From Actinomycetota bacterium (GTDB lineage: Bacteria; Actinomycetota; Actinomycetes; S36-B12), in NCBI GenBank assembly GCA_016870515.1, contig VGBL01000005.1:3373-67372 (forward strand): DNA of 64,000 nt, read 5' to 3'. The notes under the pieces were generated by a model that ran no database searches, was not told the origin of the DNA, and was given only the letters and a program-made list of their open reading frames with translations. Below are positions 1-11,924 of this stretch, piece after piece. The translations under genes and the position numbers were made by a program. Every line of letters starts with the position of its first letter. Position 1 is the stretch's first letter.

Positions 1-1597
1 GCCCCTCGTCCCAGCCCAGGATCGGGGCGATCACAGGGGCCACGGCGGCGGCCGCAGCCCGTCCGTGGTCGGGCGACTCCGGGGTGATGCGCAGTCGCCG
101 GGCGAGGACATCCTCGAGGTCGAGCGCGCCCTGGTGGCTCACGGCCACCACGGCCTCGGCCGCCAGGTGCCGGCCCTGAGGCGGTAAAGGCTCGCGCAAG
201 GCAGGGTCGGCTTCAAGGGCATCGAAGACTTCACTCACACGCGAGCCATGCCGCCTCAGCAGTCGCTCGACGGTCTTCACGGGCAGGTCCCCGCGCTCGG
301 CCAGGCTCGCTCGATCGGCCCACAGATCGGTGAATCCCACGGCTCCGACGAGTGGGATGTCCGCGGTCGAGGACGCGGGGATGGCATCGTCGTCCAGATC
401 GGTCACGGCGGCGTCGACCGCATCCGCCGCCATCACGCGGTACGTCGTGTACTTGCCACCGGCGACAGCCACGAGTCCGGGCACCGGGTGGAAGATCATG
501 TGTTCGCGGGAGACCTGGGTCGTGGTCTCCGCCGACTCCTCCGCGACGAGGGGCCGATAGCCGGCGTACGTGCCGATGACTTCCTCGCGCCGCAGCGGGC
601 GGGCGAGCCAGCGATTGGCCTGCCCGAGCAGATAGAAGATCTCGTCCTCCGTCGCCGTGGGATCTGCCAGGCTCTCGCTAGGCTTGCGCGCAGTGTCGGT
701 GGTGCCCACAATCCAGTCGCCACCCCAGGGCAGCAGGAAGAGCACGCTCGCAGGCGTGCGGGCGATGATCGCGGTGGTCGACCGGATAGCCTGCCCGCGC
801 ACGAAGAGGTGGACGCCCTTGCTCTGCTGCACCCGCTCCGACGCCTCAGCATCGACCATGCGGAGGACTTCATCGGTCCAGATCCCCGCTGCGGCGATGA
901 CGACGCTCGCGCGGATATCGAAGTGCTCGCCTGTCGTCTCATCCTCGACACGCACCCCGGTCACACGCTCGCCCTCGCGAAGGAGTTCCTCCACGCGTGC
1001 GCGCGTGAGGATATGAGCGCCGTACGAGGCAGCCGTGCGCGCGACGGCCACCGTGTGCCGGGCATCGTCGATCTGAGCATCGTGGAATCGGACTGCACCG
1101 GCGATCTCGCCAGCGTCCAGGTCGGGGGCGAGCGCCTTGGCCTCCTCGACGTTGAGGCTCTTGGGCCGCGGCATCGTGCCGCCGTAGCTTCCGATGCGGC
1201 TCAGCGCGTCGTAAAGACGCACGCCGGAGGCGACATAGGGCCGCTCCCACTTCCTGCCCACGGGGAAGAGGAAGGGGATCGGCCGGACCAGGTGGGGTGC
1301 GAGTCGGTCGAGGAGGAGGCCGCGCTCGGTGAGTGCCTCGTGGACCAGCGAGAACTCACGCTGCTCGAGGTAGCGCAGTCCACCGTGAGCAAGGCGCGAT
1401 GAGCGGGAGGAAGTGCCGGCAGCGAGATCGCTCTGCTCCACGAGCGCGACACTGAGCCCACGTGCTGCCGCATCGAGTGCCGCACCGCTCCCGACGACGC
1501 CACCGCCGATGACCACGACGTCCACGTCATGGTCGCGCAGGTAAGTGATCGAGCGAGCCCGCGAAGCGGTCCCGAGCCGATCATCGGCGTACTCCAC
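1..1597 (-). CDS. glpD: FAD-dependent glycerol-3-phosphate dehydrogenase; 3' end lies beyond the left edge
   Basis: Own minus-strand translation; absent from the track because no stop falls in the window. It reads ...DHDVDVVVIGGGVVGSGAALDAAARGLSVALVEQSDLAAGTSSRSSRLAHGGLRYLEQREF... (FAD fold plus GlpD signature) and stays open to base 1. The GTG start at 1597 is tentative. Confidence 0.8.
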   Translation of the reverse strand, partial: MEYADDRLGTASRARSITYLRDHDVDVVVIGGGVVGSGAALDAAARGLSVALVEQSDLAAGTSSRSSRLAHGGLRYLEQREFSLVHEALTERGLLLDRLAPHLVRPIPFLFPVGRKWERPYVASGVRLYDALSRIGSYGGTMPRPKSLNVEEAKALAPDLDAGEIAGAVRFHDAQIDDARHTVAVARTAASYGAHILTRARVEELLREGERVTGVRVEDETTGEHFDIRASVVIAAAGIWTDEVLRMVDAEASERVQQSKGVHLFVRGQAIRSTTAIIARTPASVLFLLPWGGDWIVGTTDTARKPSESLADPTATEDEIFYLLGQANRWLARPLRREEVIGTYAGYRPLVAEESAETTTQVSREHMIFHPVPGLVAVAGGKYTTYRVMAADAVDAAVTDLDDDAIPASSTADIPLVGAVGFTDLWADRASLAERGDLPVKTVERLLRRHGSRVSEVFDALEADPALREPLPPQGRHLAAEAVVAVSHQGALDLEDVLARRLRITPESPDHGRAAAAAVAPVIAPILGWDEG

Positions 1598-1712
1598 GAC
1601 ATCAGCCCCCTTCCCGCGGTACGCGTGTCGTGCCCGGTGTGCCTCTGCATTTGCCGAGTGTGCAGTGGCGAGCGCGATTTGAGCCGGATTCGTGCTCCCC
1701 TGCTCACGTGGA

Positions 1713-2447
1713 CTAGGGCGCCACGACCGTGATGCTGCCGATGATGAGGATATCGCGATTGCCCAGCGAGTCGCGCACGGAAACAGCGAGTAAGTAGGCA
1801 CCGGGCCAGGCCTGCTGACTTAGGGTGAAATCCTGCTCCCAGATGCCGCTGAGCAGATCGCCCGCGACGAGTCGGGCCGGCGTCTTGGCGGAACCAGGCT
1901 TGTGGTCCTAGCCGACCAGGGAGTACTCGGGCGTGTAAACCCAAGCTTCCGTGTACAGCACGCCCGAGGGATCCGAGAGCTCCCACCTGAGCGAGAGCGA
2001 ATCGCCGATAGCGCTCCATGACACGACGAGAGCGGCGCCTGCACTTACCGTGTCCGGCACCTTTTTGCCAACGAGTTCAGGGGCCTTCGTGTCAACGACC
2101 CACCCGATGAATGCGGGGTCGGCCGAGCATGCGTCCTCACCCCGTCCTCCCGAACCCCGATCCGTGCCCGGGCCTCCTGTCAGGATGTCGTTGCCGGAAC
2201 GGCCCACGAGGCGGTCGGCACCCGGACCGCCTCGCAGAATGTCGTCGCCCGCGAGCCCAATCAGGGTGTCATCGCCGCCCTCGCCGCAGGTCACATCGCG
2301 CCCAGGTGTACCGCGCAAGACGTCCGGACCTGAGGTACCGGTGATCGTGCACTCAACCGGTGGAAGCACGGACGTCGCCCTCGCAGGCGCAGGGACGATC
2401 ACCAGGAGGGCGCCCAGGAACCCGGCTGCGCACACCCCCGCACTCAC
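1713..2447 (-). pseudogene. Secreted Ca-binding (hemolysin/RTX-type GGxGxD repeat) protein interrupted by an in-frame TAG at 1905-1907
   Basis: Track ORF 1908..2447 has a signal-like N-terminus and the repeats GEGGDDTLIGLAGDDILRGGPGADRLVGRSGNDILTGGPGTD. The same frame continues past the TAG for 63 coding-looking codons to a TAG at 1713-1715. Confidence 0.55.
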
Positions 2448-2571
2448 GCTTCTGCCGTCGTCACCGTACCGGCGGTCCCGTGAGCTCGCAGTCCGCCCCG
2501 GCGAGGGATCCAGGTCGGTACGCTGGAGAAGGGTTTGGACCCGTCGTGCTCACTTCTGCACACTCGAGAGG

Positions 2572-3687
2572 TCACTGCGGGTCAAGGATGACATCGATGC
2601 GCTGGAACTCCTTCAGATCGCTGTAGCCGGTAATGGCCATTGCCTTGCGCAACGCACCGACGACGTTGGACGAGCCGTCAGCCGTCGACGACGGACCGTG
2701 CAGGATCTGCTCGAAGGTGCCCACCACACCCAGGTGCTTGCGCTCTCCGCGAGGCAGGGATCGGTGCCACGCCTCCGGCCCCCAGTGCTCGCCCCGGCCC
2801 GGGGAATCGGAGGCACGCGCCAGGACAGAGCCGATCATGACCGCGTCGGCACCGCAGGCAATGGCCTTCACGAGGGCTCCGCTCGAGCCGACGGCACCAT
2901 CGGCAATGACATGGACGTAGCGGCCCCCGGACTCGTCGAGATAGTCGCGTCGCGCAGCAGCGACATCGGCCACCGCGCTGGCCATCGGCACCCGGATGCC
3001 CAGGACATCGGAGGTGGTCAACGCAGCCCCGCCACCGAATCCGACGAGGACGCCTGCAGCACCGGTGCGCATGAGGTGCAGGGCAGCCTGGTAGGTCGCG
3101 CAACCGCCCACGATGACGGGGACCTCGAGCTCGTAGATGAACGTCTTCAGGTTCAATGGCGCGCCGTTGCTTGAGACGTGCTCCGCCGAGACCGTGGTGC
3201 CGCGGATGGCGAGCAGGTCGATCCCGGCGGCGACAGCATGAGGGGCTAGCTGGGCCGCTGCCTGGGGCGAGACCGCGACAGCCACGGTGGCTCCGCCGTC
3301 GCGCATCTGCTTGACGCGCTCGGTGATGAGGGCCGGATCCACCGGCTGGTCACCGTAGGCATGCTGCAGGCATGCGATGGCCTCATGGGAGGGGAGCTCG
3401 CGAATGCGGTCGAGCTGCGGGCGAGGGTCGGCGTAGCGCGTCCACAGGCCCTCGAGGTTGAGCACCGCCAATACGCCGAGGCCGCTGAGCGTGATCGCGG
3501 TCTCCGGAGACACGACCGAGTCCATGGGCGCCGCGATGATCGGCGCCCGGAAGCGGTAGGCGTCGATCTGCCAGGCGGTCGACACCTCGTCAGCGTCGCG
3601 CGTGCGGCGGCTCGGCGCTACGGCAATGTCGTCGAAGGAGTAGGTGACGCGGCCGCGCTTGCCGCGACCGATCTCGACATCTGTCAC
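2572..3687 (-). CDS. guaB3: IMP dehydrogenase family protein without CBS insert (GuaB3-like)
   Basis: Track ORF of 371 aa. IMPDH barrel motifs are present (APMDSV, GVLVGFGGGAA, CGADAVMIG). It sits directly downstream of guaB, as in mycobacteria. Confidence 0.8.
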   Translation of the reverse strand: MTDVEIGRGKRGRVTYSFDDIAVAPSRRTRDADEVSTAWQIDAYRFRAPIIAAPMDSVVSPETAITLSGLGVLAVLNLEGLWTRYADPRPQLDRIRELPSHEAIACLQHAYGDQPVDPALITERVKQMRDGGATVAVAVSPQAAAQLAPHAVAAGIDLLAIRGTTVSAEHVSSNGAPLNLKTFIYELEVPVIVGGCATYQAALHLMRTGAAGVLVGFGGGAALTTSDVLGIRVPMASAVADVAAARRDYLDESGGRYVHVIADGAVGSSGALVKAIACGADAVMIGSVLARASDSPGRGEHWGPEAWHRSLPRGERKHLGVVGTFEQILHGPSSTADGSSNVVGALRKAMAITGYSDLKEFQRIDVILDPQ

Positions 3688-3694
3688 GGGAGTC

Positions 3695-5209
<1,515 letters not shown>

Positions 5210-5980
5210 CTACCCGTCGCTCGGCAAGAGCCGCCGGGCCGCCGGGCCGTCGAGCCAGCGCGCGCGCAACTCCTCCGGGAGGCCGGCCGCCACGGTCAGC
5301 ACCGCGCTCGCCCCCCGTGATCGGAGCGCGTCGATCTCTCGCGTCAGATCGGGAGTGGCGCGACCAGCACGGACGAGATCGTCTGCGATGAGGGCCGCCG
5401 GCCACTCGAGGGTTGCCCAGCCACCCGAGAGCATCAGCGGGGCCGCTCGCACAATCGCCTCTCCGCACACGGGCGCGGGCGTCGAACTGCCACGAGCGGC
5501 GTCGATGACGAGGAGGGACTTGGCTTCATGTCGTTGCGAGCGTCCGGCGCACGCGGCGAGGGCTCGCTCCCCCGCGTCGATGGCCGCCTGAGCATCCCCC
5601 TCCAGCAGGGCGAGCTCCGCGGATACCCAGGACTGTCGCGTCAGCGTTCGCCATCCGGCCGCCGCAAGCACGCCGGATCGCTCGAGGTAGTCGTATGCAG
5701 CACCGGCATGTCCCTCGGCCACGTCGTCTGCCGCGAGTCCTAAGAGTGCGTCGGCGCGCGACTCGTCGTCGCAGGACAGTGCAAGTGCCCTGGCATCATG
5801 CTCGCGCGCCGCGCGTACGTCGCCCACCTGACGCAGGTGGCTGCCACGCATGGAGAGGGCGAGCGATGCCCAGCGGGGCTCCTCGACCGCCAGACGATCG
5901 AGAGTTGACCAGGAGGTCGTGTAGTGACCGCGCCCACCGAGCTCGGCAGCCTCCTGCCACAGGTCGGCGACCCCGGTCAC
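5210..5980 (-). CDS. Hypothetical helical-repeat (TPR-like) protein
   Basis: Track ORF of 256 aa, Ala/Leu-rich with a repeated helical pattern. It overlaps the upstream regulator gene by 4 nt, so the two are probably co-transcribed. Confidence 0.5.
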   Translation of the reverse strand: MTGVADLWQEAAELGGRGHYTTSWSTLDRLAVEEPRWASLALSMRGSHLRQVGDVRAAREHDARALALSCDDESRADALLGLAADDVAEGHAGAAYDYLERSGVLAAAGWRTLTRQSWVSAELALLEGDAQAAIDAGERALAACAGRSQRHEAKSLLVIDAARGSSTPAPVCGEAIVRAAPLMLSGGWATLEWPAALIADDLVRAGRATPDLTREIDALRSRGASAVLTVAAGLPEELRARWLDGPAARRLLPSDG

Positions 5981-6951
5981 GAACTAGCGCCGGCCGCCCG
6001 TGCCAGTCGAGCAACGGCCTCGGACAGGTCATCGACATGCTCACCACGTGGTAGCGCTCCCGGGTGCCAGCCGGGGCCGCCCAAGAGCAGGAGTGGTTCG
6101 GGACGAAGTTCGGGGAGGGACATCGACTCGGCGGGGTCACCGGTGCCGGCGGTCTGAGACCACACGAGGACGCCACCGGGCCCGAGGCGCCGAATGGCGT
6201 GACCCAGGGCATCCCAGGGAGTGCGTGCGCCCATCATGCGCACTTCGACACCGCGCTCAGACAGCGCTGCGGCGAGAGCCCATAGGGGCAACACGTGGTT
6301 TTCGCCGGGTGCACTCGCGAGCACGACAACCGCTGCCGAGCGCGGGTTGTCGTTGGAGACGCGCGAACTGAACTCGGACTGGATGGCCTCGGAGAGCACA
6401 TGCTCGACCTCGGTGCCACGACCAGTCTGCTCCCACCGCTGGCCGACCCCGACCAGCACCGGCATGACGATGTGGTCCCACGTCCAGACGACACCGCGAC
6501 GGTCGAGTGCCTTGGCCAGGATGGCGCGACAGGCATCGGCATCGAGAGCAAGTGCGGCGCGCGCCAGACCGCGAGCCTGCGGAGTGCCGTCGGGGATCGC
6601 TACGACCTGTCCCCCGCCGTGACGTGCGCCGAGGTCGGGCTCTACCTCGACTTGGCTCAGAGCCGCCCGGGCAGCCTCCGCCGGAGGGACCCCCGAGAGG
6701 ACGTAGCGACGCATCCGCTCGAGGCGGGCCACGTCGGCGGAGGAGTAGCGGCGGTGCGCACCTGCGGCGTGCTGGCTCGGGCCCAGGCCGTAGCGGCGGT
6801 CCCAGGTGCGCAGGGTGGCCGGGGCCACCCCCAGGCGCCGGGCGACCGCCGACACGGTCAGGCCGACCCCAGGCAGCGACGCGCCGGGGCCGAGGGCCTC
6901 AGCCGCACCCTGCACCCGGCCTGTCATGAGTCTATTCTTGGCCGAATCCAC
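5977..6951 (-). CDS. MerR-family regulator with a C-terminal cobalamin-binding domain (CarH/LitR-like)
   Basis: MerR helix-turn-helix (HTH): LTVSAVARRLGVAPATLRTWDRRYGL. W-x9-EH motif: RWEQTGRGTEVEH. Then ENHVLP, SQT and GG at CarH-like spacing. Start is uncertain (GTG 6951 or ATG 6927). Confidence 0.75.
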   Translation of the reverse strand: MDSAKNRLMTGRVQGAAEALGPGASLPGVGLTVSAVARRLGVAPATLRTWDRRYGLGPSQHAAGAHRRYSSADVARLERMRRYVLSGVPPAEAARAALSQVEVEPDLGARHGGGQVVAIPDGTPQARGLARAALALDADACRAILAKALDRRGVVWTWDHIVMPVLVGVGQRWEQTGRGTEVEHVLSEAIQSEFSSRVSNDNPRSAAVVVLASAPGENHVLPLWALAAALSERGVEVRMMGARTPWDALGHAIRRLGPGGVLVWSQTAGTGDPAESMSLPELRPEPLLLLGGPGWHPGALPRGEHVDDLSEAVARLARAAGASS

Positions 6952-7051
6952 AAGGACGCATCTTGGGGAGCCGTGGGGCGCTCCTGGGGACCCTGGTACC
7001 CCCTCATGGAGCCCGACTGGAAATTATTCGAAAATTGGTCAACTCCAGATC

Positions 7052-7081
7052 TTGACTAACTTCTGGCGCGCTTTGTATGGT
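7052..7081 (+). promoter_or_regulatory. Putative whiB3 promoter (TTGACT-18 nt-TATGGT)
   Basis: Lies in the only AT-rich island of the window, about 40 nt upstream of ATG 7120. An AGGAGG SD sits at 7105-7112. Confidence 0.35.
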
Positions 7082-7119
7082 GTGGGCAGGAAATCCCATG
7101 ATGAGCAGGAGGACATGAC

Positions 7120-7413
7120 ATGGCGGACGTATCCCGGCTTCCCGGGCCCAACGCCGATATCTGGGACTGGCAACTGCTGGGCGCCTGCCGCGGCGAGGAT
7201 CCCGACACCTTCTTCCATCCGGAAGGTGAGCGTGGCCCCGCTCGCGAGGCGCGCGAGAAGGCGGCCAAGGCCGTCTGCGCCAGTTGCCCGGTGATCGCCC
7301 AGTGCGCCGCGCACGCCCTTGCGGTGCGCGAACCCTTCGGCGTGTGGGGTGGCATGAGCGAGGACGACCGAGAAACCATCTACCAGCGTCGTCGCCTAGC
7401 TCCCGCGGTCTAA
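7120..7413 (+). CDS. whiB3: WhiB-family Fe-S transcription factor, WhiB3/WhiD orthologue
   Basis: 97 aa. MADVSRLPGPNADIWDWQLLGACRG...CASCPVIAQC...GVWGG: four Cys plus the GVWGG turn. The N-terminus matches the WhiD/WhiB3 pattern. Confidence 0.9.
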   Translation: MADVSRLPGPNADIWDWQLLGACRGEDPDTFFHPEGERGPAREAREKAAKAVCASCPVIAQCAAHALAVREPFGVWGGMSEDDRETIYQRRRLAPAV

Positions 7414-7427
7414 TCGTTCGAAGACCC

Positions 7428-7462
7428 AAAAGGCCTCACCCGCGATCCGGGTGGGGCCTTTT
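7428..7462. terminator. Bidirectional intrinsic terminator between convergent whiB3 and the EamA gene
   Basis: AAAAGGCCTCACCC-gcgatcc-GGGTGGGGCCTTTT: 13 of 14 bp pair, with A/T runs on both sides. Confidence 0.6.
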
Positions 7463-7468
7463 GACGTC

Positions 7469-8434
7469 TCATGGTTCTGGCGTAGCAACCTGCCGATATC
7501 CACGCGCCTCGCCGAGCACGACCAGTGCCGTGCCTGTCACGACGACGAGCAGCCCGATGACCACGCTTCGCGAGAAGGGTTCAGCGAGCAGCGACCAGCC
7601 GAGCAGCACAGCAACGATGGGATTGACGAAGGCGAACGTCGAGACCAGCGAGAGCGGTACGTGCTGAAGCAGGTAGGTATAGCAGGCATAGCCAATCACT
7701 GATGCGACGACCAGCCACCAAAAGCCTGCCCAACTCACGTCCGAGTACTCCGTCGGCACCGGGGCCTCGCCCGCCACGAGCCCGACCACCATCACCGCGA
7801 GCCCGCCCCACATCAGCTGGTAGACCGTGGTGACGAGCGTGTTGGACGGCAGGTCGAGCGTGCGTGAGCGCCAGGAGAAAAAGGCGTAGGTCATACTGGC
7901 GACCACCATCACCCCCGACCACAGGGCGACGACTCCCGGGGTCTCCTCGCCGAGCGGCGCGATCCCACCAGGAAGCAGCATGGCTGCCACTCCGATGATG
8001 CCTATCGCGACGCCGAGCGACGTGCGCCAACCGACACGATCACCCAATGCCACGCGCAGCAGGATCATCCACAGTGGAACGGTCGCTCCGATCAGCGCGG
8101 CAACACCGCCGGGGATGTGCTGGAGGGCGAGGGCGACCAGGGCGGCCCAGATGCCGATGATGCCGGTGCCGGCGAGGGCCGTCGTCGCGATCTGGCGCCT
8201 GGAGATGACCAGGACGCGCGGTCCTCGAAGGATCATCAGCAGAGCAGCGAGGAGCAGCCCGCCCACGAGGTAACGCGCGCCCGCCGCCAGGAGTGGGGGC
8301 ATCGTCTGCACCATTGCCGACGTGCCGAGGAACGTCGTGCCCCAGACGATCCAGAGGGTGACGAGGGGTCCCCAGGTGCGAACAGCCGGGGGGCCCGGCG
8401 CCGCGATGAACGCGGTGCCGGGCCCCTCGCGCAT
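7469..8434 (-). CDS. EamA/DMT-superfamily permease
   Basis: Track ORF of 321 aa with about 10 hydrophobic helices and a duplicated EamA-like architecture. Confidence 0.8.
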   Translation of the reverse strand: MREGPGTAFIAAPGPPAVRTWGPLVTLWIVWGTTFLGTSAMVQTMPPLLAAGARYLVGGLLLAALLMILRGPRVLVISRRQIATTALAGTGIIGIWAALVALALQHIPGGVAALIGATVPLWMILLRVALGDRVGWRTSLGVAIGIIGVAAMLLPGGIAPLGEETPGVVALWSGVMVVASMTYAFFSWRSRTLDLPSNTLVTTVYQLMWGGLAVMVVGLVAGEAPVPTEYSDVSWAGFWWLVVASVIGYACYTYLLQHVPLSLVSTFAFVNPIVAVLLGWSLLAEPFSRSVVIGLLVVVTGTALVVLGEARGYRQVATPEP

Positions 8435-8451
8435 GGACCTGAGGCTAGCCC

Positions 8452-10104
<1,653 letters not shown>

Positions 10105-10227
10105 CTAATGGGAATGTCGGGGGCCCTGCGGGCGAGCCGGGCGGGGCTTGACGCCCCACGCCCGGCATCGCACGTCAGGTCGCCCGATCCGGGCGGCTTT
10201 GCCGACCCGCCGGGCGCGGAGGAGGAC

Positions 10228-10527
10228 TTACTTCTCGACGACGGCGAGTACGTCGCGCGCCGAGAGGATGAGGTACTCCTCGTTGTTGTACTTCACTTCG
10301 GTGCCGCCGTACTTCGAGTAGATGACGACGTCGCCGATCTTGATGTCGAGCGGAATGCGCTTGTCGCCGTCTTCGTCGAAACGACCCGGGCCAACCGCCA
10401 GGACCTTGCCCTCCTGGGGCTTCTCCTTTGCGGTGTCAGGGATGACGAGGCCAGACGCGGTCGTCTGCTCGGCGTCGAGCGGCTGGACCAGGATGCGGTC
10501 CTCGAGCGGCTTGATGGAGACCGACAC
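10228..10527 (-). CDS. groES: Co-chaperonin GroES
   Basis: 99 aa: [37 protein letters not shown]. Confidence 0.97.
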   Translation of the reverse strand: MSVSIKPLEDRILVQPLDAEQTTASGLVIPDTAKEKPQEGKVLAVGPGRFDEDGDKRIPLDIKIGDVVIYSKYGGTEVKYNNEEYLILSARDVLAVVEK

Positions 10528-10613
10528 GATGATGTCCTCCGGGTAGATAAGGATGGGTACTCGAGTCGCCCCGTCGTCGCGGTGCCGGTTCGACCCTCGT
10601 CGCCCCCGCCGAC

Positions 10614-10640
10614 CTAGCAGTCTGGCCGGTCGAGTGCCAA
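10614..10640 (-). promoter_or_regulatory. CIRCE-like HrcA operator, copy 1 (5'UTR of groES)
   Basis: CTAGCAGTC-N9-GAGTGCCAA versus the consensus TTAGCACTC-N9-GAGTGCTAA. Confidence 0.65.
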
Positions 10641-10645
10641 AACGA

Positions 10646-10675
10646 AGACTAGGGGGTCGGTTAGCACTCCGTCAA
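10646..10675 (-). promoter_or_regulatory. Putative groES promoter (TTGACG-18 nt-TAGTCT on the minus strand)
   Basis: The -35 lies inside the loop of CIRCE copy 2. The -10 lies just upstream of CIRCE copy 1. Confidence 0.45.
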
Positions 10676-10687
10676 TTCGAGTGCCAG
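10661..10687 (-). promoter_or_regulatory. CIRCE HrcA operator, copy 2
   Basis: TTAGCACTC-cgtcaattc-GAGTGCCAG: the left arm is perfect and the right arm matches 7 of 9. Confidence 0.8.
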
Positions 10688-10720
10688 CCCCGCCGAGACG
10701 GCGGCCCCCAGGGGCGGTTC

Positions 10721-11038
10721 GTGATCTGGCCTGCCGACCTCAAGACGCCGCAGGCGCGGGCCCTGGAAGCCGAGCTCACGGGCGCCGACCCGCTGGCGGC
10801 GATCAGCGCCGTACGCCGCGCCCATCCAGAGATCGACCCGGCCCTGGTGTCCACCGTGGCGACCCAGGCCCGCGGGTGCGAGCGCGGGTCAGCGACGTGT
10901 AAGACGGCCGATGTCGACATGTCGGCGGAGGAGATGCCTCGTCGCATCGGGCATCGGGGTGCCCGCGACGGTGCGGCGATCACCGTGGCATTCGTGCGCG
11001 TTGCCGAGGGGATGCGCGCCTACGAAGTCACGCGCTGA
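10721..11038 (+). CDS. Small hypothetical ORF (105 codons, GTG start), possibly a gene remnant
   Basis: High third-position GC in this frame (VIWPADLKTPQARALEAELTGADPLAAISAVRRAHPEIDPALVSTVATQAR...). The longer track ORF 10553..11038 runs through the CIRCE/promoter region, so I trimmed it. Confidence 0.25.
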   Translation: MIWPADLKTPQARALEAELTGADPLAAISAVRRAHPEIDPALVSTVATQARGCERGSATCKTADVDMSAEEMPRRIGHRGARDGAAITVAFVRVAEGMRAYEVTR

Positions 11039-11924
11039 GCGTCGCGGATATGCGTGCGATGGACTCAGGGCCGACTCCGCAGCATCCGCCGATGAGCCGC
11101 ACTCCGTCGATCGCAGCCCAGCTGCGCACGAGGTCGTCTCTCGCCTGGCGTCCCTCCCCCGACCAGCCGGTCACCGGATCCCACGACCGACCCGAGTTGG
11201 GGTAAGCCACCAGGGCGAGGGCGGTGGCCGCGGAAAGTCGACTCAGCAGGCGACCGACGTGCTCGGGGGCGGTGCAGTTGACGCCCACGGCGAGGACGGT
11301 CGGTGACTCCGCCGCCACCGCGAGGGCCTCCTCCACGGGCTGTCCAGCACACGTCGTCTCTTCGTCGCGGCAGCTGAAGCAGATCCATGCAGGGATGGCC
11401 GGAAACGCAGCGAGTGCCTCGACCAGCGCCGACACCTCATCCACGTCGGGGATTGTCTCGACCGCCAGGAGGTCAGGGTCAGCATCGACGAGGACTTCGA
11501 GCCGCTCGGCATGGAAGTCGACGAGGTGGTCATGCGTGACGCCGTAGCGACCGCGGTATTCGCTGCCGTCGTGCAGGATCGCGCCGTAGGGGCCAACACT
11601 CGCCGCCACGAGCGCACCGCTGCCCAGCGCCGCTGCGCGTGCTAGCTGCACGCTCGCACGCAAGGCGGAGTCGGCCGCATCAGCCCTGAGTCCTTGCGCT
11701 ACGAATCCGTCGCGGGATACCTGGTAGCTGGCCGAGATGAGCACGCGGGCACCAGCGGCGACATAGGCGGAGTGCACTGCTTGGATCTCCTCGGGCTGCT
11801 CGATGAGGACGCGCGCCGACCACAGGGCGTCGGACAGGTCATGGCCGCGAGCCTCGAGCTGCGTCGCCAGGCCGCCATCGATGGGCTGTGCCCGACCGGC
11901 GAGCAGGTCGCCCAGGGTCGTCAG
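11028..11924 (-). CDS. mmuM: Homocysteine S-methyltransferase
   Basis: Track ORF 11028..11777 plus about 49 conserved upstream codons (LTTLGDLLAGRAQPIDGGLATQLEARGHDLSDALWSARVLIEQPEEIQAV). C-terminal GGCCG motif. The start codon is unresolved (see findings). Confidence 0.8.
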   Translation of the reverse strand: MTTLGDLLAGRAQPIDGGLATQLEARGHDLSDALWSARVLIEQPEEIQAVHSAYVAAGARVLISASYQVSRDGFVAQGLRADAADSALRASVQLARAAALGSGALVAASVGPYGAILHDGSEYRGRYGVTHDHLVDFHAERLEVLVDADPDLLAVETIPDVDEVSALVEALAAFPAIPAWICFSCRDEETTCAGQPVEEALAVAAESPTVLAVGVNCTAPEHVGRLLSRLSAATALALVAYPNSGRSWDPVTGWSGEGRQARDDLVRSWAAIDGVRLIGGCCGVGPESIARISATLSA

